From: Octopus bimaculoides
Taxonomy: Eukaryota
Direction: 5' to 3'
NCBI RefSeq assembly: GCF_001194135.2
Contig: NC_069003.1
Coordinates: 17,870,833-17,934,832 of the forward strand
Length of the DNA stretch: 64,000 bases
Numbering within the stretch: the first letter of the stretch is position 1; each line of letters opens with the position of its first letter. The notes beneath the pieces were generated by a model, which was not told the DNA's origin, ran no database searches, and was given only the letters and a program-made list of their open reading frames with translations. Below, one piece after another: positions 49,221 to 61,620 of this stretch. The position numbers and the translations under genes were made by a program.

Positions 49221-50748
49221 GCAATTTATTGGGCATGATTGACACAACACCTTTCCTCATACACATAAACACTGAAAGAGGGGTGGAGAACGAGAAACAC
49301 TAAAACATTTTATGCCACATAAGTCAGCAATACCAAAGCAACTGTGCCAAAATGTTTCATCCCTTGACATTAGCAGAAGTGGTGAAGAAGTGGTTGTTAG
49401 CAACAGCAGTCAGTAATGTGTGAAGATGTTTACATCAACAGTAGCACCATTTTTTAAAAATGTTTTCATCAAGGAGAAAAGCTAACCAAAAAAAAATGCT
49501 ACCTAAAAATAATCATGACTTTTCTGTTGATACAATAATAATTAATGTTTCTTTAAATTGAATAAAAAAACAGTTTAATGATGTTATGGAAATGTTTCAT
49601 TTAGAAATTTTGTGTTTAGATTCGGGGTGGGGCAAATGAGTTATCGAGACGGTGTTTCTAATTTTGGTGAAGGAATAATGAACCTCATTTTCAACAATCA
49701 TTTCATTATATTTTTTAATGTCTTTTTTTCATCTTCCGCATTGTTTCAATCAATCTCATTGAATACAAGCCAATGAAGAAACCCATTATGTTGTCAAACT
49801 GCTAAAAGTAGCAGCTGAATCTTCCTCACATTCACATCCTACCAGTTTAAAAAATAATGAGACATTGGATAATTTAGTTCAGGTTCAGGGTAGACTGTTT
49901 TAAAAAAAAACAGTGGATGATTGTTGATCAGATGCCTTTCATCATAGATTTACATTAGGTGGGGACCAGACAAACTGGTGGAGTCATTTGAATAGTCATG
50001 GGCAGCATGTGGCCCACGGGGCTTTCTGAATGGCACACCTAATGAAAATTTACCTTAAACTTTCTATGCATAATGCAGTCTGAGAGATAATGAGCCATGG
50101 TTCATGTAGCCTGTGTTATAACATAGGCAAGAAATACTTTATGGTATCTGTTCTGACATTCTGCACTCTTGAGTTCAAATCATACTGTGGTCAAGTTTGC
50201 CTTTCATCCTTTTGGGGGGTTGAAATAAATATATCAGCATTGAATTATTGGAACTGTTAGAAGATCGAGCAAAGATATCTTGTGGTATCGGTTCTAGTTT
50301 TTTTGTGTATGTGTGTTCCAACAGCAACTCCTGCAACAACAATGAGGCCAAGCTGCAGCGGCCTAAGTGACATATTTGTTCATGAGCAGCAGCTAAATGG
50401 GTGTTGCATGGTGATGTTGTTGCTGTTTAACCTTGCAGTCAGGAGTGGTGCAGGGTGATATCTATCTTGGACTACATTATCCAATATGTCCTTGTTCTCA
50501 AGAGATGGAAGGGTGTGTAATGGGAAAGAAATGACTTAATTCTAGCTGATCAACCAACCACATAAACGTTCCTTTGTTGGCTTAACAAGAATCTTGTACT
50601 TCATATACAGAGTAGGAGAGAAAGAGACAGAGTGCCGTGTTACAGTTACAACGAAGGAGATAAAGAGTAATGTATTTTAGATGGAATTTGAGAGAGAGAG
50701 AGAGCATCATGTATTAGATGGAATAGAGAACACCATGTTCTGGACATA

Positions 50749-50829
<81 letters not shown>

Positions 50830-51527
50830 GTATTATATAGGATAGAGAGAGATAACTAAGTTTTAGATGGAATAAGAAAAAGAGAGATAGTGAATTTCTA
50901 CAACATACATATAGGCATCCCCTTGTGTTACGTAAGCATTGCATTCCTGACAACCTTAATGTGGAACTCTGTAACAAGAAACCTATTTTACTTATTGACT
51001 TTCTTGACTTCATGTTCACATTTTCAAATTCCATGCGATTGGCATTAGGAAGGCCATCCAGGTGTAGAAACCATGCCAAAGCAGACATTAGAACCAGATG
51101 CAGTCTCCTTTGACTCATCAGATCCTGTCAAATTGTCCAACTTATTCCAGCATTAAAGATGCATATTAAATGATGTCCAGCAAGATTCTCAGGAATGTAA
51201 TGCTTCCACGGTAGCACAATGGAGTGCCCATATCAAACCAGAATAAAGAGACCCAAGACCATAGTTTGGTTAAAATACACAATAATATAATAGGCTGTAC
51301 CTGAAATAGTTGGTATATCTAGATTGATCGAAACAGACATTAAAAATTAAGAGACATATTTTCAGTAAATATATATATATATATAAAAAGGGCATTAACT
51401 GTGTATTAATGCCTCACGCTATCGAGGGACTAAATAAGTAAAAAAAACTACCAAAAATAAGCAACATATTTACCGAAAGCGAGGGAATGCAGCTTTTCAA
51501 AATTTATATCTTATATATCTTGACCAT

Positions 51528-51605
51528 ACGTGTACTGATGAACAAAAGAATACAGGTTACTTCACAGTTTTTTCTGTATTTGATTGAGAAACCAGTGGTC
51601 TACCG
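51528..51605 (+). ncRNA. Candidate type I hammerhead ribozyme
   Basis: CTGATGA (51535-41), long stem II, GAAA (51588-91), stem III ACC-agt-GGT, GTC cleavage triplet (51598-600), and stem I gta/tac. Confidence 0.5.
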
Positions 51606-51896
51606 TTGAGTTAAATGNNNNNNNNNNNNNNNNNNNNNNNNNNNNNNNNNNNNNNNNNNNNNNNNNNNNNNNNNNNNNNNNNNNNNNNNNNNNNNNNNNN
51701 NNNNNNNNNNNNNNNNNNNNNNNNNNNNNNNNNNNNNNNNNNNNNNNNNNNNNNNNNNNNNNNNNNNNNNNNNNNNNNNNNNNNNNNNNNNNNNNNNNNN
51801 NNNNNNNNNNNNNNNNNNNNNNNNNNNNNNNNNNNNNNNNNNNNNNNNNNNNNNNNNNNNNNNNNNNNNNNNNNNNNNNNNNNNNNNNNNNNNNNN

Positions 51897-51936
<40 letters not shown>

Positions 51937-52889
51937 ATACATGCACACACATATATATCATGTACTGTTCCATTATTGGCAGGATCAACAAAAAATGTAT
52001 TCCATCTATTGCGAGATAAATATTTAACAAACACAGGATTTAAATGTGAGCTTACTATAACTTTCAAGTTCTGATTACAATAATCAGATGAGCTTGTACA
52101 GCATGTCATGTATTAGCCTGAAAGACTGAAGGATAGTACAGCAGTACTGCTGTACAAGTTTGTCCAACTGCTGTAATATCAGAACATGAAACTTACAGCA
52201 GCACACATTTAAATCCTATGTTTGTTAAAGTAATATATATTATTAGTTTGGTTTTTGAGAAGTGGCTGTTCTCACCAGTTCTGGGCTAGCAAAAGCTAAT
52301 GCTGTTAACATTACTCTTGAGCAGTCACAAGTTAATGCTTCAGGAAAATCATGTGTAGGGCAGGAAGGACTGGTTCTAGTGGCTAGCGTAAGATCTAGGG
52401 AAGTGTAAGGTGGATACACCAGGGGTGAGAAGATTAAGAGAGCTGAGTAAGCCGAGAGCAGATGACTTGAGACCAGTCAACTGTGAAAGAGCAGAAGTCA
52501 TTTTAGTAATGGTAGAAAAGAGAAGACACAACTAAAGAATCTCACATTTTTCACATCACTGTCTGCTGTTTTGGCAGCATCTTTACCATTTTTTATTGGC
52601 ACCTTTGCGCATTGATTTCAAATCATTTCAAAAGCATTGAGATATGATCCTAGTTAACCTTTATTGCTCAGATAACCCCTAACACTTTATGGTTGAGTGA
52701 ACAGTGCCAGGATCTCTCTACACCTTTACGGCTGCATACCCTTTCACACAAGTCAGTGATGAAGTATCTCTATAATCACTAAATCTGCCATAAATAACAG
52801 CCAATTCACCCTCAAATTACATGCTACCATCATAAATGAAAGATGAAGGACAAAGCTACTTCCAGCAGGATTTGGACTCAGAATGAAAA

Positions 52890-53940
52890 GTCATCATCAT
52901 CATTTAATGTCTGTTGGCCATACTGGCATGCGTTGGATGGTTTGACCAGGGCCAGTAAGCTGAGAGGCAGCACCAGACTCAAGTCTGATCTGGCAAGGTT
53001 TCTACAGCTGGATACCCTTCCTAATGCCAACCACTCCAAGAGTGTAGTGGGTGCTTTTACATGTGACTGGCGTTGCTGCCAGTTGCGTGACATCAGTATC
53101 TGCTATGACCATGATTTCACTTGGCTTGATGGATCTTTCTTCTCAAGCACAGCATATTGCCAAGGACCTTGGTCATTTGTCATTGCCTCTGTGAGGCCCA
53201 GCACTTGAAAAGTGCTTTTTATGTGCCACCAGCACGGTAGCTAGTTCAGCATCAGCCACATTGCCTCCATGAAACCCAACACTCGAAAGGTGCTTTTTAC
53301 ATCTCATGGTACCAGTTATGTGACACTAATAACAGCCACAACTATGATTTCACTTGGCTTGAGGGATCTTCGCAAGCATCGCATATTACCAAATGTTTCA
53401 GTTGCTAGTCATTACCTCTGTGAGGCTTAGCGTTCGAAGATCAAGCTTTACCACCTCATTCCATGTCTTCCTGGGCCTCCCTCTTCCACAGCTTCCTTTC
53501 ACTGGTAGAGATCAACACTTCTTCACACAGCTGTCCTCATCCATACTCATTACATGACCATACCAATGCAGTCGTCTCTCTTGCACACTACATCTTATGC
53601 CTTTTATGCCCAACTTTTCTCTCAAGATACTTATGCTCTGTTGTGCATGCACACTGACATTGCACATCCAGTGAAGCATGCTAGCTTCATGTCTTTCAAG
53701 CCTATACATGTTCTCGACTGTCACAGCCATGTTTTACTGCTGTGTAGCATGGCTGTTCGCACACAGGCATCATACGATTTGCCTTTCACTCTAAGGGAGA
53801 GGCCCTTCATTGCCAGCAGAGGTAGAAGCACTCTGAACTTTGCCCAACCTATTCTCATTCTAGCAGCTATGCTCTTGGAGTATCCAACCCCACTACTGAC
53901 TTGGTCATCAATGTAATGGAAGCTATCAACTACTTCTAGT
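52890..53940 (-). mobile_element. RTE-clade LINE 3' part with (GAT)n end
   Basis: ORF 53512-53730 reads RLERHEASMLHWMCNV...VQERRLHWYGHVMSM; similar to 36590-37630. Confidence 0.8.
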
Positions 53941-55975
53941 TTTTTTCCCTTGGTATTTGGAGTCTATTTTCTGTACATTTTTAATGTTAATTGTACCTGT
54001 ATACCTTCCACGCACAAAAACTAGTTTCCCTGTTAACCTTCCTTTGATATGGCTGCACCTCTTATGTGTCCATAGCTTACACCGTGCACATCTTATGGAA
54101 TTTCTACCTACACCTTTCTTATATGGAATTTCTTACAATGCAATTTATTCAACACAAACAACACTGCCACTTCCTTGATAATTCAATAAAGAGGTAGTTC
54201 CAATGACAAAACAACTAGAAACAATAGTTCACTCATGTATGTCCACCCTACATACATACACATATCTATCTATCTATTTTTTAGCTTTTACTTGTGTCAA
54301 TCATTAGACAGCAGCCATGCTGGGGAACTGCCTTGAGGAATTTTTAGCCAAATGAATCAGCTGCAGTACTTATTTTTTTTAAAAGGCTGGTACTTATTCT
54401 ATTGGTGTCTTTGGCCAAACCACTAAGTTATGGGGACACAAACATACCAACACTGGTTGCTAAGTAGTAACAAAAGACAAACACAGCCACAAAGAAACAC
54501 ACATACAAACACATATCTACAATAGGCTTCTTTTAGTTTCTATCTATCAAATCTGCTTATAAGGCTATAGTAGAAGACACTTGCTAAAGGTGTCATGCAG
54601 TGGGACTGAATCCAGAACCATGCAGTTAGGAAGCAAACTTCTTGCCACACAACAATGCCTGCACAGGAAATTATCTGCATCTGGCTGCAGCTGAGACTAG
54701 CAGCACTAAAGTTGAGTATAATGAATAATTAGAGAGTAATTGAAGTGAAGAGCTGGCAGACGGGAATTAAATGGTAAAAAGTAATGATTCCATTAATATG
54801 GATATGACAATGAATATTTATACCAGGTGGAAAATATAGTTGTGTTAAATGTTACATAAAAATAGCTAGAAAATATAATTTTTAGCTAAACCATTACATA
54901 ACTGAATAATATTCCTGTGTTAGTGTTTCTGTTACTTAGACAGAAATGCACCTGTGTTAGCTATATATCTATATAGCTGAAGTAATATCATCATCCTCAT
55001 TTAACTTTTACTTTTCTATGCTTGCATGGATTGGACATTGTTTGCGGCAGATTTTCTACAGCCAGATGCTCATCCTGTCACCAATTCTCACTTGTTTCCA
55101 AGCAAGGTAATGTTTCTCCATGGCCAGACATGTTCTTGCAGAATATTGAAAATGCACGACACAGCTTCTATGACAGTGACAACCATTTACCACTACTACA
55201 CAATACCAAGAAAAGAAAATACACACACACACATTTATACATACATATATAATTACAAAGAATACGGAAACTGGTACATCTTCAAATTTTTCTTTTAATT
55301 TTTCTTGATGCAGTTAGCCAGAACCTGGACAATACCTAAGAGCTCTTATGGTATCCACCTAGATAATTTATCTGTATATACTCAGTGTATACACATACAT
55401 ACACATATGATGGGATTCTTTCAGTTTCTGTATACCAAATCTATTCACAAGGCTTTGGTCAGACCGGGACTGTAATAAATGATAACCCAAAGTGCTACAC
55501 AATAGAACTGAACCTGAAACCATGTGGTTGGGAAGCAAACCTCTTGCCACAGAGCCATGCTTGTACCCATACATAGCTGTATTAACTATTTTATTTTACA
55601 GTTAAAATAATACACCTGTATTAGCTATTCCCTTATATAACTTAAAATATCAGCTTGAGTCAATGAGAAGGCCTGTATGTGGTAGCTCAACATGCTAGAA
55701 ATGGCAATCAAATTTTTCTCAGACTTAACTCCATCCTTGCCTAGCTTCTTACTACCAAATACACACTAAAATTTATCCCCACTACCCCACTATTTACTAA
55801 CCTACTGTGCAAGGGGAACCCATAAAAACCAAAAGTAAATAGCACCATGCATGGTCAGTGTAAAATAGGAATAAATACCTTGAAATATAAAATTGGATTT
55901 CATTAAAATGCCCCACCAACTAGTACAGAACACCCTTCTCCCCATTAAAACAACAAGCAAAACAAAATTAGATTG

Positions 55976-56863
55976 TACAGAAGTGGGATCAGAAAGTTCC
56001 TGGAGCAGGTGTGAAAAATAGGTCCACCAGTATTCCAGTAAGTAATGGATTTCATATATTGTTTATATTTGGACACCATTCCCTTTGAAATAATACCCTT
56101 GGGAATGTATGCAGTGATCCCAGCACATCTTCCAGACCTCAAAGGTGTTGTGATAGTTCTTTTCTTGAAGGCTATTCAATACCACCAATAATTCCATTTT
56201 AATTTGATTGACCAAAGTGAAGTGACACTCTTTTAGGTTCAATTTTGTTGTATAAAACACAGCAAAGTCTCTGGAGTACAGGTCAAGAGAAATATGGCAG
56301 GAGTAGAATTGACTGGAATGACTGCTGTTTTGTTCTTTATGAAAAGCCTGTATTGTGTATTTGGGTTTTCCATGAGAAAATCCAGATAGACTCTAAAACA
56401 CATTCCAAACACTGAAGGGAGCTGGAGATTGTATGGCAACAGCCCTCAAATCATGATTTTGTAAATTTTCTGTCATCAAATTTTCCCTAAATTTGTCATC
56501 TTAAACATCTCAACTGGCCTTGAAATAACCATAATACTCAAAAACTTGTGTTCAGCCAAAAGAATATTTACTAAAAGTTTGGCAAAGCATTTTAAGGGTC
56601 TCAACAGCAGATTTACCAAGCTTCATGCAAAGTTTGACACTGATTTGTCAGCCATTATGTAAAAAAAAAAAACATTACAGAGGTGTACTAACACAATGTT
56701 ATAGAACATCATGTTATTATTGAATACAAGTTGACAACATGAAGCCTGTTTATAGACTGACTTAGAAGGATGACTTGTAACGATCATCAGCTGTGTACAG
56801 TTTTGCAATGACCAGAACAGAGACAACACTTGCAGTCCAGAAACATTCTGATAATATCTCATA
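55976..56863 (-). mobile_element. Decayed mariner-family transposon
   Basis: Imperfect TIRs tacagaagtgggatcagaaagttcc / tatgagatattatcagaatgtttctgg. Remnants include a PYSPDL-like stretch and W..RWxxCI.SQG.YF.G. Confidence 0.7.
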
Positions 56864-56932
56864 GACTTTGAATCATCATTAGCAAAGTCAATTAATTTCA
56901 GAAAAAAGAAGTAAAAAATCTGTTTAAATTAC

Positions 56933-57118
56933 CTTGAAATTCTTCCTGAGGTCATTGACTGTAATGAAGCCCTTGTTGTCAGTGTCCAGTGATTTAAATT
57001 TAGCAATGTACTCATTGATTTCGTCCTTTGTGAAATTAATAGGTACGTTAGCAGAGGCAGCTTTGAGCTCAAGACCCATTTCCCGACGAAGGAACTTCTT
57101 GCAATGTTCAATTTGATC
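56933..57118 (-). CDS. GPD2: GPD2 exon (DQIEHCKKFLRREMG...FKSLDTDNKGFITVNDLRKNFK), first EF-hand-like motif
   Basis: tgcag acceptor and gtaatt donor; 186 nt, phase 0. Matches the FL..EMG and DxDxKGFIT motifs of GPD2. Confidence 0.95.
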
Positions 57119-57676
57119 CTGCATATAAATTCAGGAAAATAAAATGAATTTACAGAAATAAATTAAAATTGAAAAAAAAAGACCTAAAAGAAACAAATTA
57201 ATTTAATTAAATATATTATTATTTATATTTGTATTGATATTTTTACACACAGAATGAAAACTTTTCTTTGCAGCCAAGATAACAATAATGATGTATTATT
57301 AATTTATGTTTTATCTTTAAATTGTTTCAATCATCATACTGCGGCCATGCTGGGGCACTGCTTTGAAGAAATTTTAGTCAAATGTATCAACTCCAGGACT
57401 TAAATGTTTTTGTAAGCCTAGTACTTATTCTATTGGTCTCTTTTGCTGGACCACAAAGTTATAGGGATGTAAACACACCAGCACCAGTTGTCAAGTAGTG
57501 GGACAAATGCAGACACACACACACCACCCTAAAATATAGAAATACAAAGTAAAATTGCAACTTTGTTCTGTTTTCTTTTCCTTTTGTAGTTTACTTTCTA
57601 CCTTCTCGCATTGTTCTGGCCTTACACAACAACCTTCTTTAAAGTTATATCACACAATGCTTCACCAAAACTATCT

Positions 57677-57728
<52 letters not shown>

Positions 57729-58044
57729 GTAAGGTATAAGTTAGAGGTTATGCAACCATCTAAGGGATAGCTGTATCCGTAGGCACTCCTGGTGTATTAC
57801 CTCAGTATGTATAGTCCTTGTTATAAGGTATATGGTAGTAGGTAATTTAAAGGTAAAACTGTGGTTTAATATATATAAGAAATGGAGTAATAATTAACAA
57901 TGAGAAGTGGATCATTGGTGTTTTAAAGTCATTATTTAATTAAAATAGGAGTATGTTTACAGCTGTTTCTATTTATAAATAGGGTAAATTTGCATTTACC
58001 TCGTTACAATTGATAAACATTTTCAGAACGATTACATAGCAAAG

Positions 58045-58106
58045 AAAATGTTCGTTAATTCAATAGTCACTAACATGTTAGTGACTATTGAATTAACGAA
58101 CATTTT
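58045..58106. repeat. 62-bp perfect spacer-less palindrome
   Basis: aaaatgttcgttaattcaatagtcactaaca|tgttagtgactattgaattaacgaacatttt. Confidence 0.97.
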
Positions 58107-58379
58107 TCCTTTCCTTTCCTTCTATTTTATCTTTGCCATGTAATTGTTCTGAAGATGCTCTATTTCTTATTGTCTCTCTTTATATATATATATAGGTTAT
58201 GAGAGGTAATGGTGTCAGTAAGAGCCAAAGGCGTCAGGTAATGCTGAGTAAGTGCTATGGATAGACCATAGTTAAGCTCCAGGTTCAGTGATTATGTGAA
58301 TAAGAAGTCCAACGTAGGTGAGATAAGCTGAAATTTATATATATATAGAAGATAAAACTTACTTGGAAAAGGATGCATG

Positions 58380-60400
58380 GCTTTTGATCATATAATAATA
58401 TAAATAATACAGATGTAGCTGTATCTGTGGCCTCCTCTGGTATTGCAGCAACTTTACTGCCCGGTGGCAGGATAGTGCACTCAACCTTTAAGCTAACATT
58501 TGATTTGGCAAGGTCCAAAGTGCCTTCCTGTAACATCGCCATAGCGTCTGAAAAGGGCTTGCTTCTCCAGAGTTGCCAGCTGATAGTTTGGGATGAATGC
58601 ACAATGGCCCACAAGCGATCCCTTGAAGCTTTCAACACCACACTTCAAGACATCAGAGACTGTCTCACTATGATGGGTGGTATAACTCTCCTCCTGTCTG
58701 GCGATTTCTGACAAACGCTTCCTGTAATACCCAAGGGAACCAGGGCAGATGTAGTCAGGGTCTGCCTAAAATCCTCCCCCCTGTGGCAAAATGTTACATT
58801 GTCTCTCAAAACAAACATGAGAGCGCAGCTTCATGGTGACCAGATGGCATCAGATTTTGCATCTGACATATTGTCAATTGGAAATGGTATTGTTCCACAT
58901 GATGGAAACTGTCACTAACTCACCTCTGCACCACTGTCAGTAATTCCTATGAACTAGAGGCACATGTCTTTCCAAATCTACAAAGGAACTACCTTGACGT
59001 GAATTGGATTTCTGAAAGAGCCATTTTGGCTCTAAAAATCAGCACAGTGACCGCTCTCAATGCTAAGCTGCTGCATTCACTTCCCAGAAGGCTGAACGAG
59101 GTAAGGGTCAATCGATTCTGTACCCGACGATGACCAGGCAGTGAACTATCCAGTGGAGTTTCTTAATTCCCCTGACCCACCTGGGTTGCCTCCTCAAACA
59201 CTGGAAGTTAAAGTCGGAGCTCCTGTCATGTTGCTGAGGAATTTAGACCTTCCGAAGCTTTGCAATGGGACACACTTGGTTATTAAGAAGGCTACGCAGT
59301 ATGTTCTTGAAGTCACCATTTTGTCCGGCTGTGGCAAAGGAGAGGACGTTTTCATCCCCAGAATCCCCCTCATTCCATCTGGTGCAGATATTCCCTTTGC
59401 ATTTCGCCGTCTGCAGTTCCCGCTTAGACTATGTTTTGCAATGTCAATCAATAAGTCACAGGAGCAGACACTATCGGTGGCAGGGCTGCATTTAGATGAA
59501 TCATGCTTCTCACACGGTCAGCTATACGTCAGTTGTTCCTGGGTGGGAAGCAAGGAAAGTCTCTTCGTTTACTCACCCCAGGGTAGAACGAAAAATATTG
59601 TCTACCAAGAGGTATCAGAATGAGACTCCGTAATTGTTTACACTGTGAAAAGGTAACGTACAGCTTTACAATGCAGCTGGATTTAGACATCATCCTCTCA
59701 GACGTGTGTAATGGACTTTACATCCGCTTTTACTCTAAAACTAACAGCACACAGTCAGCCCATTTCATAAAGAGAAGCCTATTAAGTTACACCCCTCTTA
59801 GGGCAGCATTTAGGTTTTTTTTACAAAAAATAGGAGGGATAGTTACTCCAACAATGGTTTAAGGGGCGATCGAGCATCTTTAAAGATGTAACTTCAACCG
59901 ACCAGTGTTTTCTTACTCTGCAACATAAATGGTGTGGACAAACATCATGACAACTAATCAACATTCAATCGCTCTCCCCATTTTAATGAAGGTCATACTT
60001 AACGATTGTTTAAACAGTCCAATCCCCAAAAATGCTCTCTTGTGAAATACACGTTTTGATTCACTCTCTGTGTCTACATCTGATAAACCCAAATATAACT
60101 CTACACACCATTGCAATGCACACTACAACTTTGCATTATCGGATGGTGCTGGGCAGCAGTGATACAGAGAGGTATACAACACGAGTCACTACATGGACGG
60201 ACAAACACTTAGTGATGTCAGATTGCATTGTCAACTCTAACCTTAACCTAAATAAAACTCTATAAAACTTTGGAATGCCCAATTCATTTTTGCACTACTG
60301 ATTTGAGGTCCGGACTGCTGTAATGTAGACTGACAACATAACTAGACCCTCTAAATATTTACTACTTTCTGACCCGTACAACGCTGAGTATTATTGCTAG
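58380..60400 (+). mobile_element. Helitron remnant: PIF1-type helicase plus 3' terminus
   Basis: Reads [42 protein letters not shown]...LCNGT and [16 protein letters not shown]...FSHGQLYV. The 3' end is a degenerate hairpin acccgtacaacgctgagt followed by CTAG|T at 60397-60400. Confidence 0.9.
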
Positions 60401-61461
60401 TATATATATACACACACACACACACACACATGACGGGCTTCTTTCAGTTTCTGTCTACCAAATCAACTCACAAGGCTTTGGTCAGGCTGTGGCTTTGGTA
60501 GAAGACACTTTTCCAAGGTGCCATGCAGTGGGACTGAACCTGGAACCATGTGGTTGGGAGCCAAGCTTCTTACCACACAACCACGCCTAATTAATAACTA
60601 TGTGGGATTGAACCCAAGACCATATGGTAAGGAAGCAAACTTCTCAGCTACACAACCATGGCTGTGTCAAAAACACACCACTGGGACACAAATCTGTTGT
60701 GCATAGCAAATGAAGTGTATTGACTCAGAAACATGTGATAAGGAGAACAGTTTGATAAAGAGAATTTTTCTCCTGAGATAATTTCCATGTTTGAGTGGAT
60801 ACAAACATGTTAAATATAATTGCACACACTTATAATTTCATTGTCATCATTACATCATCATTTAATGTCCACTTTTTCATGCTTGCTACAAGTCAAATGG
60901 AATTTGTTGAAGGTGGACAGTCATTCATAACATCAGTGAGTGTTTGATTAGCTTTTTCTGATATCAAAGACAATGAATTCTCATTGGAGCATTTGGTTGG
61001 ATGCAAGTACCCATCACTGAAAAGGTCCCCAAAAAGACTGAAATGCATCTGGCGCTCTTGGTGGCTGCTGCAATGACTAATTTTCATCTTTCTCTGATAG
61101 TTTTTTTCTTTTTAACACAGCAAGTCTGCAAGAGATTTTATCTCATGACAAATACTGCAGTAACTGGATTATTATAAAGTGTATACATTAAATATGGTAC
61201 AAACATGGCTATGTTAACGAAATACTGCCTCAACTGTATATACTAGGAGTTTTTCAGTTTCCATCCATCCATCAAATCCACTCACAAAGCTTTGGTCAGC
61301 CTGGTGTTGTAATAGAAAACACTTACCTAAGGTGATGCACACCAGGACTAAACCCAAGACCACATGGATGAGAAACAAGTTTCTTCACCTAACAGCTACA
61401 CCAGTAAAAATTAAACCTTGTTCAACAATGAAATATGGACAGCTGTAAACTATGGACTCAC

Positions 61462-61620
61462 CTTTTTCTGGTTTTCATTCCATCCAAGTTCCTCAGCCAT
61501 TATATCTACCACTCTGGGTAGAGCCTCCTCTGCTGCAATAGCATTGCAGAATGATAGACGTGTGCGGCGTGCAAGAATATCAACAGCGGATGTAGCATAT
61601 TCTCGAACAGCATATCGGAC
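61462..61620 (-). CDS. GPD2: Mitochondrial glycerol-3-phosphate dehydrogenase exon (VRYAVREYATSAVDILARRTRLSFCNAIAAEEALPRVVDIMAEELGWNENQKK)
   Basis: Minus-strand ttctgtag acceptor and gtgagt donor; 159 nt, phase 0. Matches the GPD2 segment EYAxxAVDxxxRRTRLxF...AAEEALPR. Confidence 0.95.

Noticed and set aside
50330-50430. Short GC-richer hairpin (aggcc-aagctgcagc-ggcct), possible pre-miRNA
   Set aside because: The stem is too short and irregular, and there is no recognisable mature miRNA.
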